Below, piece by piece: positions 1-12,034 of a DNA stretch of 64,000 bases (position 1 is the stretch's first letter; the number at the start of each line of letters is the position of its first letter). The translations under genes and the position numbers were made by a program. The DNA is taken from contig NC_043006.1 in the NCBI RefSeq assembly GCF_006345805.1, positions 75,764,001 through 75,828,000 on the forward strand. Direction: 5' to 3'. Origin of the DNA: Octopus sinensis. Lineage: Eukaryota. The notes under the pieces were generated by a model. That model was not told the origin of the DNA. It saw nothing but the letters and a program-made list of their open reading frames with translations, and made no database searches.

Positions 1-430
1 TGACTGGTACTTTATCGACTCCGAAAGGATGAAAGGCAAAGTCTCTGAAAGGATGAAAAGCGAAATTTGAGCTCGGACGAAATACATATTTCTTTACTAC
101 CCACAAGGGGCTAAACACAGAGAGAACAAACAAGGAGAGACAAACGGATTAAGTTGATTATATCAACTCCAGTGCGTAACTGGTACTTATTTAATCGATT
201 CCGAAAGGATGAATGGCAAAGTCGACCTCGGCGGAATTTGAACTCTGAACGTAGCGGCAGACGAAATACTTATTTCTTTCCTACCCGCAAGGGGCTAAAC
301 ACAGAGAGGACAAACAAGGTCAAACAAACGGATTAAATCAATTATATCGATACCAGTGCGTAACTGGTACTTGTTTAATCGACCACGAAAGGATGAAAGG
401 CAAAGTCGACCTCGGCGGAATTTAAACTCA
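1..430 (-). mobile_element. tRNA-derived SINE type A, three tandem partial body/tail segments
   Basis: Repeated GAAAGGATGAAAGGCAAAGTCGACCTCGGCGGAATTTGAACTCAGAACG block, the reverse complement of the B-box plus central domain seen in the + strand copy at 26542. Confidence 0.85.
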
Positions 431-707
431 GTGGGTGACAACCATTAATACCTATTTCAGCGCCAGAAAACTTTGTTGACAAAGAACAGCAGAAATTGTA
501 TTCACCTCAATAGAGGTCATTGATTGGTTGAAATTGCCGAAATGCAAGAAATCTAACAAGAAATTGCTTACAAACTACAGAATTTTCTCAAGAAAGCCAA
601 GAGAAAAAGATGTTTTATGTAACACATTCTACCAGTATACAAAGTTTAAAAGTGTTTAGTTACAAAGAAATTATTTTAAAATTCCGCCGGTCAAAGTTAA
701 AAAAATC

Positions 708-860
708 CTCAGTGCGTCACTGGTACTTAATTTATCGACTCCGAAAGGATGAAAGGCAAAGTCGACCTCGGCGGCGGAATTTGAACTCAGAACGCAGCGG
801 CGGACGAAATACCACAAAGTATTTCGCCCGGCGTGCTAACGTCTCTGCCAGCTCGCCGCC
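708..860 (-). mobile_element. tRNA-derived SINE type A (head + central domain)
   Basis: Reverse complement starts GGCGGCGAGCTGGCAGA (A-box-like) and contains GAGTTCAAATTCC (B-box-like). Confidence 0.9.
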
Positions 861-1190
<330 letters not shown>

Positions 1191-1329
1191 TAAAATAGAC
1201 CCTCGTCGAGTATTTTAGAATATCAGTTGAAAGACTGATAAATGTAGTTATTATAAGGTGGACTGTAAAATGGGGGACACATAAGTGGCGGTATGAAGAA
1301 AATAGGGAAGGAATAAAGTATACAATTGT

Positions 1330-1580
1330 GAGAAAAGGAAATGTCGCATAGAAGAATTATTGGGAATATAGAAGAAATAAGAAGTATTAAATCTTGGAAG
1401 TGGTTAGAAAAAGGGTTTTTGAAGAAGGAAGTAGAACGATTGATATCTGCATCAAACGATAAATCTCTCGGTAGGATTTGAATAAAGAAATATATTGACA
1501 TGGAAGATGAATCAGAGAAGTGTGAAATGTGCGATGAAAAGAATGGGTCAATTTTCCCATGTAACATCAGAATACGACAC
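1330..1580 (+). mobile_element. Degenerate R4/Dong-like non-LTR retrotransposon fragment (region before the CCHC finger)
   Basis: Manual translation SWKWLEKGFLKKEVERLISASNDKSL...EKCEMCDEKN aligns by eye with WLRSSGLKAETEGFLITAQDQSL...CRICGD at 44289; it contains an in-frame stop. Confidence 0.6.
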
Positions 1581-1589
1581 GCAGGCGTG

Positions 1590-2000
1590 GGTGTGTGTGA
1601 TGTGAAGTTTGCTTGTCTGCTCAAAGCCTCGTGAATCGATGTGGTGGACGCGAACTCGTCGTGTGTATATTCTTTTATGCTCGTATACGTTTCAACCCTA
1701 AAGCTGTGCCCATACTGGAGCAACGCTTGTATATATGTATATATATGTGTGTGTGTGGGTGTGTGTGGGTGTATAACTATTATAATATAATATAACTATC
1801 ATAACTATTATATTATATATGTGTGTGTATACATATATATATTCACACTTATATAAATTTTATATATACATGTGTGCCTTTATAATTGTGTTTGTCCTCC
1901 CATCACCACTTGACAACCGGTGTTGGTGTGTTTAATGTCTATGTTCCCCGTAACTTAGCAGTTCGGGAAAGGTGACCGATTGAATAAATACGGGGCTTAC
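1590..2000 (+). mobile_element. Degenerate SINE type C with internal microsatellite
   Basis: Contains CACCACTTGACAACCGGTGTTGGTGTGTTT...CCCCGTAACTTAGCAGTTCGG, shared with the copies at 3041 and 35117. Confidence 0.7.
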
Positions 2001-2700
2001 AAATACAAGTATTGGTGTGTTCCAACGTCACTAACTCTAAGCAAATGTAAAGAAAATATACGTACATCGTATACTGGGAGGATGGGGTCAGATGCAAATA
2101 GGGAGCTATAATAAAGTAACAACAGTGAAAACGGAAAAAAATGCTTAGATTTAAGAAAAAGGGTCAGGGAAACTGACAACAATAGCGAAAAATATGCATA
2201 GCAGAACAAAACAACTGAAAAACGAAAGAAAAGAAGAAAATAACAGTAGCAAGTTGAAAGTATATTTCCAAAGTGCATTCAAATAACAATGGACAGAAAT
2301 TCTTTAGAAATACAGACACGACGCAGAAGAAAAATAAGCTCGGGTGACAATCATTACTGGCTCAAACGCTCTTGACTAAAAGCAGAAAGTTTACTCAGAG
2401 GGCCAATGTGTAATCACAAGTAATCATAAAAGCAAAATAATGTAATCACAAATCATCCTAAAAACAAAATAATGAACACAATGACATAACAATGCAGAGT
2501 ATCCAACTAATACAATGAGACAATTGACTTCAGCTTTTCTGATGGTTAGTTTTTATTGACTTCAAGTACATTCCCAGTAACGCATGAGTCAGCTGTTATA
2601 TCTACTGGTGTAAGCGGACATATATTTCTAATGAAAATCAATGTGAAGTGGTATAAACATGCATGTGCCACCTCACATAACAACGACCTTATTACATGTA

Positions 2701-3012
2701 TATCACCGTGATCACCGTGACCGACCAGGCCATCAGATGTTGTTACACATCGCTAGTCACAATGCGCCTCGCATTGTTTTAGCCTTTAAATGACGCCACC
2801 CCGCTGGCTAAGCGAGCAGGCCAACAGAAGAAAGAGTGAGAGAAAGTTGCGGCGAAAGAGTACAGCAGGGATCGCCACCACCCCCTGCCGGAGCCGCGTG
2901 GAGCTTTAGGTGTTTTCGCTCAATAAACACTCACAACGCCCGGTCTGGGAATCGAAACCGCGATCTTATGACCGCGAGTCCGCTGCCCTAAACACTGGGC
3001 CATTGCGCCTCC
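2701..3012 (-). mobile_element. tRNA-derived SINE type B (octopus OR-like), near full length
   Basis: Reverse complement head GGCGCAATGGCCCAGTGTTTAGGGCAGCGGACTCGCGG...GGTTTCGATTCCC and tail CGGTGATCACGGTGAT; homologous to 18157-18425. Confidence 0.85.
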
Positions 3013-3040
3013 ACACATGTATATAGTAGGTGCATTTACT

Positions 3041-3410
3041 TGTCACATGGTCCCGTGTTCAGCCCCACTACGTGGTATCTTCTGTTATAGTCCATGGCCG
3101 ACCAAAGCCTTGCGAGTGGATATGGTAGAGGGAAACTGAAAGAAGAACGTTGTTTGTGTGTGTGTGTATGTGTGTGTGTGTCTGTGTGTATGTCTTTGCG
3201 TGCGAGTGTTTGTGTCACTCACTACCACTTGACAACTGGTGTTGGTGTGTTTACGTCCCCGTAACTTAGCGGTTGGGCAAAAGAAAATCCCATAGAATAA
3301 GTACCGGGATTAAAAAGAAAACAAAAAGTATCGGGGTCAATTCATTCGACTCATATTCTTCCAGGCGGAACCCCAGCATGGCCGCAGTCTAACGACTGAA
3401 ATAAATAAAT
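3041..3410 (+). mobile_element. SINE type C
   Basis: GACCAAAGCCTTGCGAGTGGATATGGTAGAGGGAAACTGAAAGAAG, internal (GT)n, GTTTACGTCCCCGTAACTTAGCGG, CCAGCATGGCCGCAGTC tail. Confidence 0.85.
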
Positions 3411-3420
3411 GAAAATTTTA

Positions 3421-3830
3421 AGGCAGCGAGCTGGCAGAAACGTTAGCACTCCGGGCGAAATGCGTAGCCGTATTTCGTCTGTCGTTACGTTCTGAGTTCA
3501 AATTCCACCGTCGACTTTGCCTTTCATCCTTTCGAGGTCGATAAATTAAGTACTAGTTACGCACTGGGGTCGATATAATCGACTTAATCCGCCTGTCTGT
3601 CCTTGTTTGTCTCCTCTGTGTTTAGCCCCTTGTGGGTAGTAAAAAAATAGGTATTTCGTCTGTCGTTACGTTCTGAGTTCAAATTCTGCCGAGGTCGACT
3701 TTGCCTTTCTTCCTTTTGGGGTCGATAAAGTAAGTACCAGTTACGAACTGGAGGTCAATGTAATCGACTTAATCGCTTTGTCTGTCCTTGTTTGAACCCT
3801 CTATGTTTAGCCCCTTGTGGGCAATAAAGA
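3421..3830 (+). mobile_element. SINE type A with internally duplicated body
   Basis: Head GGCAGCGAGCTGGCAGAAACG; the block GTATTTCGTCTGTCGTTACGTTCTGAGTTCAAATTC occurs twice (about 3470 and 3652). Confidence 0.9.
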
Positions 3831-3903
3831 AATATGAAATAAATAAAACGATAAAAGATAAAAGAAAGTAGGAAATAAATGTAGCAAAATGGAAAGAAAC
3901 ATT

Positions 3904-4600
3904 TACAGGATGGTCATAAAGTCACGCACCATCCCGCAATATGTTAAATAGCTAACATTCTCTTTCTTTTATCTCTTTTCACAACTGCCGATATTACTCA
4001 CAAACTAACCCTCATTCGATGGAGGCAGATAATCAACAAGGCGGGGGAAAGTTAATGATGTGGTGTGGGATTTGGCACAATCAAGTAATTGGACCATCTT
4101 ATTTTGGGAGTCCTGCGACACGTGATTCATATCTGGACATGCTTGGCGACAAGATGATGCCTCATGTGCATTCGCTTGGAAGGGGAAATCCAGTCTGGTT
4201 TCAGAAGGATGAGGCTCCGCCCCATTATGCATTACAGGTTCTTGGTTTTAGAATGAACATTTTCCAAGATGGCTCGGGTGTCGCGGGCCAATTAAATGGG
4301 CACCACTGTCACCAGATTTGACTCCAACGTACTTTTTCATCTGGGGCTACATTAAATCCCTTGGGTATTCTGAAAAGATTCGTGACCAAAGGCATCTTCA
4401 AGGAATTGTTGAAACGTGTAAACAATTCAACGGTAATGAAGCGCTATTTGAGAGGGTTCATCGCAATTTCAAATTACGTATGAACACTTGTTTAGAGCTA
4501 CATGGACAACACTTTGAACATTTGTAATGGATTACCTATTTCATTGTAATAAAGCATACATGATATCTCCCATAGTACGTGACCTTGTGGTCACCATGAA
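3904..4600 (+). mobile_element. Internally deleted Tc1/mariner-superfamily DNA transposon (C-terminal transposase remnant)
   Basis: ORFs 4019-4321 and 4318-4527 carry VWFQKDEAPPHY and (D)LTPTYFFIWGYIKS...GQHFEHL motifs, i.e. degenerate QDGAPPH and SPDLTP.DFFLWGY. Degenerate TIRs at 3904-3926 and 4578-4600 (16/23 match), with TA at the left end. Confidence 0.85.
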
Positions 4601-4741
4601 CAATTAAATGATGTGTACAATGAGTATACAGAGGACCTAATGTTTTGGGTCATACTTTTTATTAAATGAAAAATAAAGAAAGAATAGATTGAGAAGAAAA
4701 AAGAATAAAGATGACACCAAATTTACGATATATTTTATATA

Positions 4742-4958
4742 CTGGTTTCAAATTTTGGCACAAGGCCAGCGAGTTTAGGGGAGGAGCTAAGTAGATTGGA
4801 TCGACACCAGCTCCCAACTGGTACTCATTTTAGCTATCCGAAAGGGTTGAAAGGTAAAGTCGAACTCGGGCGATTTTAAACTCTGAACGTACAGACGGAC
4901 GAAACCCTGCTAAGCATTTTACCCGGGGTGCTAAGGATGCTGCCAGCTCACCACCTTA
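4742..4958 (-). mobile_element. Diverged SINE type A
   Basis: Ends ...CTGCCAGCTCACCACC (reverse complement of the head) and has a degenerate central domain. Confidence 0.75.
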
Positions 4959-6528
4959 CGTATGTTATATATTAGACGCCTTTGTTCTTAATTATAAATA
5001 CTGAGCGGCATTTCTTTCGGCTCATTACGTTCTGAGTTCAAATTCCAGTGAGGGCGACTGTGCTTTTCATCCTTTCGAGGCTGATAAAATAAGTTCCATT
5101 CGAGACGTCGAGTCGTTATAATAAATTAATCCTTCAAACTTTCAATCCTTGTGCCTGTAGTAGAAAGAATGATATACAGTCTGAATAGTTGTAAGCACAG
5201 GTTTGGGAAGTGCATAATTTTGTGTGAAAGAGTATCATCTGTTCCTCCATGCACATCATCCCTCTCCACTCCCGCGGTAGTCTTCAAAGAAATCACAAGA
5301 TTGATAGTGCTTGGCACCAGTGTCATCGCTAATGTAGGGAGATTCAAAAGAGATACCGTAAAGCATTCTATCTGATACCCTATAAATTCTGACAATCCAC
5401 TTCTCTGGATTGATATCTTTAATATCAATCTTGAAAAGCTGAGATGAACGGCTAATTTGATCTGGCAAAATATATGAGCGCAGAGATTTCTAACGAATAC
5501 GGCTTGTGCTGGATTTAGTCTAAGGAAACCTGCCAATTCTTCTTATAAATCGAACAAGTTCCCCTGTTCCGCAAAGAAGAGCAGTGAAACTTCATCAAAT
5601 TGCACACCTGACGAGGAACATGCTAGAAATCAAATGGTCGAGATATTTTGGAATGTATTTAATAATATGTATATATGTATATGTGTATATGTCAACTCAA
5701 TTCGGAAATACTGATTCACATTAATATGTATTACATTTCTGATTACATAAAAGGTTAACGAATAAAATCTAAATAAATATATAAAATTAACAATTTATCG
5801 TGTGAATTAGTAATTCATTTAAGCATGCATTAAAATCTACATTTAATTAATGACTGCGAAATTTGAACACATTTTGAATATGGAAAATGTCCATATATTC
5901 TTAATCTTGTTTATTTTACCAGATTATAGAATAATACATAAATTTCAGAATCGATAGTGCATCTATATTTGGCATATGGTTCTTGCATTGAGTTATCCAA
6001 ATTCCAGATCTCATTCTGAACTGATACATTTATTTAGAATCAACTCATTCCTGACAATATTTGAGAGAAGCACAGTTTGGTTAAGAGTATTTCTTTAGCC
6101 TTTGAGTACTGAACAAAAGATCTGTGTATTTGAGGTTGAAAAATACAAAAATTATATGAGATACTCACCTTTAAGATTAGCAGTATAGTATTGACCACGT
6201 GACTCATTTGTCTGTCGAAGATGCTGGGACGAGGCTGTGTGATTAAGAAGCTCGAGTTGTAGTCCCGTAATTCCGGGCTCAGTCCTACAGCGCGATACGT
6301 TGTTTTCTACTGTTTTGGGGCCAATCAATACCTTGTAAGTCAATTTGGTTGACGGAAACTGGGGTGCTTTGCATATATGTATATATGTATTTATGTATCT
6401 ATGTACGTCTGTAGGCATGTATGTATGTATGCATAATAATGTATATATATATATATGTGTGTGTGTATGCGTTTATGTATATATATATATGTGTGTGTGT
6501 ATGCGTTTATGTATATATATATATATAT

Positions 6529-6863
6529 ATTCAAATATATAAGGAATGGCCATAATAGGACATTCGACTCACTAGAAAGAGCAGCCAAACTCCAAACCAC
6601 TAATAGTAGTAATTCTGAAATGGAAAGAGAAATAAAAACGTGTACCCTCTCCTTTCTGGACTATGCATAGTTCGGCAATCTTTAGCAAATAAATAAATTT
6701 ATTTGCTAAAGATTGCCGAAACTATGCATAGTCCAGAAAGGAGAGGGAAAACGTTTTTATTTCTCTTTCCATTTCAGAATTACTACTATTAGTGGTTTGG
6801 AGTTTGGCTACTGTTTCTAGTGAGTCGAATGTCCTATTATGGCCATTCCTTATATATTTGAAT
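6529..6863. repeat. Near-perfect palindrome with ~165-bp arms and 2-nt loop; contains the 3' half of a hammerhead motif
   Basis: 6529-6694 is the reverse complement of 6697-6863 with few mismatches; GCCGAAACTATGCATAGTCCAG at 6715-6736. Confidence 0.92.
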
Positions 6864-6956
6864 GTATATTATATAGTCTGTTGACTATCTTTTCTTTCTC
6901 ACTTGGCCGCTGGTAGCGGAGAATTTTTCTAGAATTTTTTGCTACCCTAAAATTTA

Positions 6957-7029
<73 letters not shown>

Positions 7030-7764
7030 ATGTATATATATACACATAAGTGAGGCAGGTCGATATACAAAAATATTTAATACATTAAATACAAAAAAAT
7101 GTATATATTTTCAGAAACAAAAAGGTCCGATTTACACTGAATAGAAATGATAGCAAGAGTTATGGGGTTGAAGAAAAGTATTACAAATGTAACACACACA
7201 CACACACACACACATACACACACACACATACACACACATACACGCACATATACGCAAACACGCATACACACATGCACATACACGAAAACATGCACACCCA
7301 TAGTTAATCCACCAAAACGAAGAAAAACAAAAAAGAAAGCAACAACGCGAATACGTGATACAATCAAAATATTAAATGACGCTCAGGGAAGGAAAGAAAG
7401 GGTGTTTTACGTTTAGAGCAAAGGTTTCCTTCAGAAATAGGAGACAGAGGGAAAGTCCAAGACAAAAGGAAGGCGGAGGAAGAAAATCGCCAATAATCCA
7501 TATGTATGTATGTATGTATGCATGTATGCATGTATGTATGTATGTATGTATGTATGTATGTATGTATTATGTATGTATCTATGTATATGTAGATATATTG
7601 CTTTTTTGTCCACCACCAATGTTTGAGAGCGGTTCAGTAAAAAATTTCATAGAATAAATACCAAATTAAAAACATATATTGTGGTCGACTTCATCGATTA
7701 AACTCATTAAGGCCATACTGGGGGTCTGGCTGCACTTCAGTAAGTGAAATTAATGCAAAATTAA

Positions 7765-8144
7765 GACCACTCAGAGAGCGCAAACTTTCACGAAGGCAAC
7801 ACCCATGTCTTCTCAATGATTATCCGCTGCGGATTTTTAAAATGAGAATATCTGAGATACACTCGACTGCTCTCACAAACGAAATACGAAAAATGAAGCC
7901 GACCGCTCGCAAAAATTAAGTAAAATAACAGGAGAAATAATCTAGAATCCTTGTCCAATACTGGATCGATCCCAAAATCTAATCAGTTCTAGCCAGTTAC
8001 GATGTCACACATCCTTGAATGTTTCATCCGAATCCATCCAGCGGTTCTTGTGATATCTTGTCAACAGTGAAACAATTAATCAATCAAAGAAACAAATAAA
8101 TACGACTGAAACAATACCTCCGCCTTCGTTAAGGCGAAGGTAAT
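7765..8144 (+). mobile_element. Non-autonomous Helentron/HINE (DINE-like) element
   Basis: 3' hairpin TACCTCCGCCTT-cgtt-AAGGCGAAGGTA (8115-8142), a related subterminal motif near 7783-7800, and a degenerate AAAC-type repeat before the hairpin. Classification is by recall of this architecture. Confidence 0.5.
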
Positions 8145-9029
8145 AAAAACCGTGGCGGCAGTTATGAAGTATGTGAACTATTCTATTAGTGGTATTTCCG
8201 GAAAATTAATTATAGAATTATCTAATTATCTTCATATGTATATTGCTTATACGTAGAATATCAAATATGCCCTGTAAGTTCTGTATCCATAGAAAATACG
8301 AAAATGATATCTCTTTATGTTGAACATCTTTACTGTGCAAAACTGAAGATGTAGATAGGCAGTAGATAGTAGATAGTCAACTTATTAAGAGCTTATGTTA
8401 ATATATAACAGTTGTGGCGATATATGATTAAAGCTATATATATTAGTAAAAATAAAATACACAATACAACATATAGCTTAACATCTGTTGTTGTATTCAA
8501 AGGTTTGGTGCAACAGATAATACGAGACAATATAAAATAATAAATTACAGAAATGTTTGAAGAAGTTGCAATAAAATCTATCGGCAAATGGAAAGTGAAA
8601 TGATACGAATCAATATCTAGAAATGCGGCGACTGATTAAAGATCAAATGATTAAATTAAGCATTGATAAGGTAATCACAAATTAGCATACTATATTAGCA
8701 GCAACTGCTCCTATAGAATGGTGGGTGTTTATAATTAGGCTTTCATTAGTAGAAAGTCAATCAGTAAAATTTCGCATTGATATTTCATTGCACGATATAT
8801 TCATCACATATTATAAAATCTAAACCGGTGTAACATAAGTAGGTGCCTCCACGTTGTAGTCGGTTACTGTTAAATCACACAAAACAAAAGTGATTGTGGG
8901 TCAGATACCTTTGAGCATAGATCTCTACAATCAGAGTAGATTTTATCTAAGCAACAACAGCAAAAATAAAAACAGGAAACTGTTGCCTTATTCGAACTTA
9001 TCATTTATTATTTATTAATGCGCCTTTTT

Positions 9030-9308
9030 CAAGCTTAGCCAGGCCCATAAGCCCGGTTTCTGTGGCGTATGTGTTCCCCCCATTTGGACGGGACGCCAGT
9101 CCATCGCAGCGTTACCCAAGAAACAGGAAAAGAGACAGAAGCTGGGGCGAAAGAGTACAACAGGGGTCGCCACCACCCCTTGCCGGAGCCTCGTGGAGCT
9201 TTAGGTATTTTCGCTCAATAAACACACACAACGCCCGGTCTGGGAATAGAAACCGCGATCCTCCGACCATGAGCCTGCAACTCTAACCACTGGGCAATTG
9301 CGCCTCCA
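9030..9308 (-). mobile_element. SINE with type B head and a different (V-domain-like) tail
   Basis: 9140-9308 matches the head of 2701-3012; the tail reverse complement reads GCTGCGATGGACTGGCGTCCCGTCC. Confidence 0.75.
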
Positions 9309-9659
9309 CATGTCATTTATAGAATAGAGAATACATGATATAAATTTTTAAATTTGAGGACAACTGCTGTTTAGTAAGAACGGATGGTGTTCATGCTTAT
9401 GTATCCATGTGCGTTCGTATTTATATATGCATCTCTGTGTTCGTATTTGTCACTTTTCGCAGGAGAACTGGTGTTATTTTGATTAAGTCTCCATAATGTA
9501 ACAGCTCGGCGAAGTGTCAGACAGAAAAAATTCCAGAATCCATCCCCACTAAAGAACGAAAATATTACTGGGTGGTTTGGGTTAACTAGTCTCTTCAAGG
9601 TGGTTTAGCAGAATGACCGCACTTCAAGGACAGAAACTAGTGAAAAAGCAAAAAGCTAT

Positions 9660-9759
9660 GTACTTATTTTATCGGTTAATTTTGCCGAATCGCTAATTTA
9701 AGGTATGTAAAAGCACTAACATCAGTCAGATGGTGGAAGGACAAACACAGATATACACT

Positions 9760-9792
<33 letters not shown>

Positions 9793-9952
9793 CACACACA
9801 CACATACGACGGACTTCTTTCAGTTTCCGTCTACCAAATTTACTTAAAAGGCTTTGGTCGGCCTGAGGCTATAGTAGAAGATACTCGCCCACGGGTCCAC
9901 GCAGTGGGACTGAACCTGGAACCATGTGGTTAGAAAGCAAGCTTCTTACCAC
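9660..9952 (-). mobile_element. SINE type C
   Basis: ACGACGGACTTCTTTCAGTTTCCGTCTACCAAA...GAACCTGGAACCATGTGGTT...GCTTCTTACCACA. Confidence 0.85.
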
Positions 9953-10079
9953 AGTAATATATATGTATATTGTATACATACATATCCACATATGTATACA
10001 TATATGATGGACTATCCCGTTGAAAACGACGTATAAGTGGTCAGTTGTTATACGGAACGATCTGCACAAATGATTTGAT

Positions 10080-10305
10080 TACAGTGATCAAATCTATGTG
10101 CCGCTCATTAACTCAGTCTGTCCATCAAATCGACGTTGTCTGAACAGGTGCACTGTGTACCACGCGGCAGGTGTCGAATGTGATCGTAGAGCAACGTGAG
10201 ATGAAGTGTTTTACTCAAGAACACAACGCACCGCCCGGTCAAGGAATCGAAACCAGGATCTCACGTTCGTGAGTGCAACACCGTAACCACTAGTCCATGC
10301 GTCCT
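10080..10305 (-). mobile_element. tRNA-derived SINE type E
   Basis: tRNA-like head with GGTTTCGATTCC; body homologous to 23162-23381. Confidence 0.75.
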
Positions 10306-10482
10306 ATTCACTTGCTAACCTGTCAATGAACTCTAGTTATTCGGATTTACTATACTTTGTTGATCCTCACTTTGTTAAATCCAAATGTTCATATAAAGAC
10401 AACATAATGTTGGTAGCAAAGAAATAATAAATTAATAAATATTAGGGGTACAGAGATGTACACATCCAGATTTATTATACAT

Positions 10483-10751
10483 TTAATCACATCCTTCTTT
10501 GTTAGGACCTACACGTGTTTTCCCCTGCAAGCCGGTATAGCCTGTAAGTTGTTCATCTTGGTGTTAATTACCGGTCTGCTTCATCAGGGTCAAATTTAAT
10601 TGTATCTCGGATATCATCCGCAATACAGTTAAATTTGACCCTGATGAAGCAGCACCGGTCACTGGTAATAAACACCAAGATCACAATGAGCGGTGTGCAC
10701 CGGCTTGCAGCGGAAACACGTGTAGGTCCCGACAAAGAAAAATGTGGTTAA
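10483..10751. repeat. Imperfect palindrome (arms 10483-10605 / 10623-10751), each arm with a hammerhead-like core
   Basis: GACC-CTGATGA...GAAACACGTGTA-GGTC on + (10637-10728) and the mirror image on the - strand. Confidence 0.85.
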
Positions 10752-10794
10752 CGGTATATTAAAACCCGGGTTTGTAAATCTGTTCTGATATTTA

Positions 10795-10856
<62 letters not shown>

Positions 10857-10858
<2 letters not shown>

Positions 10859-11898
10859 AAAGTTGGTTTGTGAAAGCACGTGGTTGAATATATAGAAAAT
10901 AGTAAAAAGTGAAAAACCTACAGAAGGCTTAAAGGTTAAAAAATATATATATTTGCGTCAATATGTCTGAAGAATATTAAAAAAATGTTTTCCTTACAAT
11001 GACATAGTTTAGAAGAAAGAGCGGTTTCGCGTTTAGCTTTTCAAATTTCTTACGACGTTATGTTTATGTTGAATAGTGTTATCGTTATGTTTATGTTTAA
11101 AAGAGTTCTAAATAAGGGGAGGTAATGAGTGATTTCTTCCGGTGTAAGGGAGATAATCGCTTAATTTTTTTTCCTTTCCCTTGGTGTGAATTTCTCTGTA
11201 TCAGTATGTTGGCATGGTTAAGTCTGGGCTTGTACTTTTCAATGAATAATGTTTCCTTGTTTAGTCTAATTTGTGTTGATGATCCGATAGCACATTTGTA
11301 AAATGGAAAGATTAAAAATTGTGGTAGTAGTTGCTTTGCGCATTTCTCAATGTGCTCACTAAAAGGTATCATTCTGTATTCTGGGAATGCAATCTGTTGT
11401 CGATGCAGTGTGCATCTACGTCTGAGTGATAGTCCCGTGGATCCCACGTAGTCTTGGTGGCAGCCCGAGCATTTTATGACATAAATTATGTTTTCAGAGC
11501 CACAAGTAAAGTTAGATTTGATCTTGAATTTCTGTCCCTCTTTAAAGAGGAATTCTGATCCTTCTAGCAGGTTTGGACATGTTGCACAGTTCGATCTACC
11601 ACATTTTTTTACTTTTGCATCCGTAATTTCAGAAAACAATTTTGCCTTTGTGAGAATCTTTTTAAGTGATTTAGGTTGTTTGTAGCTTTTAATGATTTGG
11701 TGTATGTTTAGAATTTCCTTTAATTTGGGGTCCTTATGAAGTATTGGTAAATTCTGGGTGATGATGGTGAAGGCTTCTTTGTTTCTGGGGTTGTATGTAG
11801 ATATGTAAGGTAGTATTTTCGGGGAAGGTGTGTTGTTGTGTTGAACTTTTCTTAAAGTTTCTATGTTGATTTCTGTTGCTACCTGGGTAGCAAATTCA
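10857..11898 (-). mobile_element. 5'-truncated Penelope-like element: linker + GIY-YIG endonuclease, with 3' flank
   Basis: Open frame from about 11880 to 11097: ...PYISTYNPRNK...KSYKQPKSLKKILTKAK...CGRSNCATC...NIIYVIKCSGCHQDYVGSTG...R...H...E..FIEKYKPRLN. It abuts (TA)n at 10799-10856. Confidence 0.92.
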
Positions 11899-12034
11899 CA
11901 TCAGAAAAAAACACGGTTGAAGTTACGTGCCTAGGGCATAGATTACGTGCTTTCGTGTGGAAATTTGTATGTTTATTTTAAAAGTATAAATATATGAAAG
12001 AATGGAGCTGAACGACGAATTAACAAAAGTCCTT

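Noticed and set aside
154-336. Recurrent peptide ..DERQSRPRRNLNSERSGRRNT.. in several ORFs
   Set aside because: It is the antisense translation of SINE type A, not a protein family.
2150-2420. Faint similarity to the Dong region encoding WLRSSGLKAE
   Set aside because: Too degenerate to delimit with confidence by eye.
11010-11050. Hammerhead-like remnants at PLE 3' ends and elsewhere (11010-11050, 33683-33718, 37655-37695, 46910-46950, 54865-54945, 62090-62157)
   Set aside because: The core or stems are too broken or cannot be paired in the correct order; they are not counted as ribozymes.
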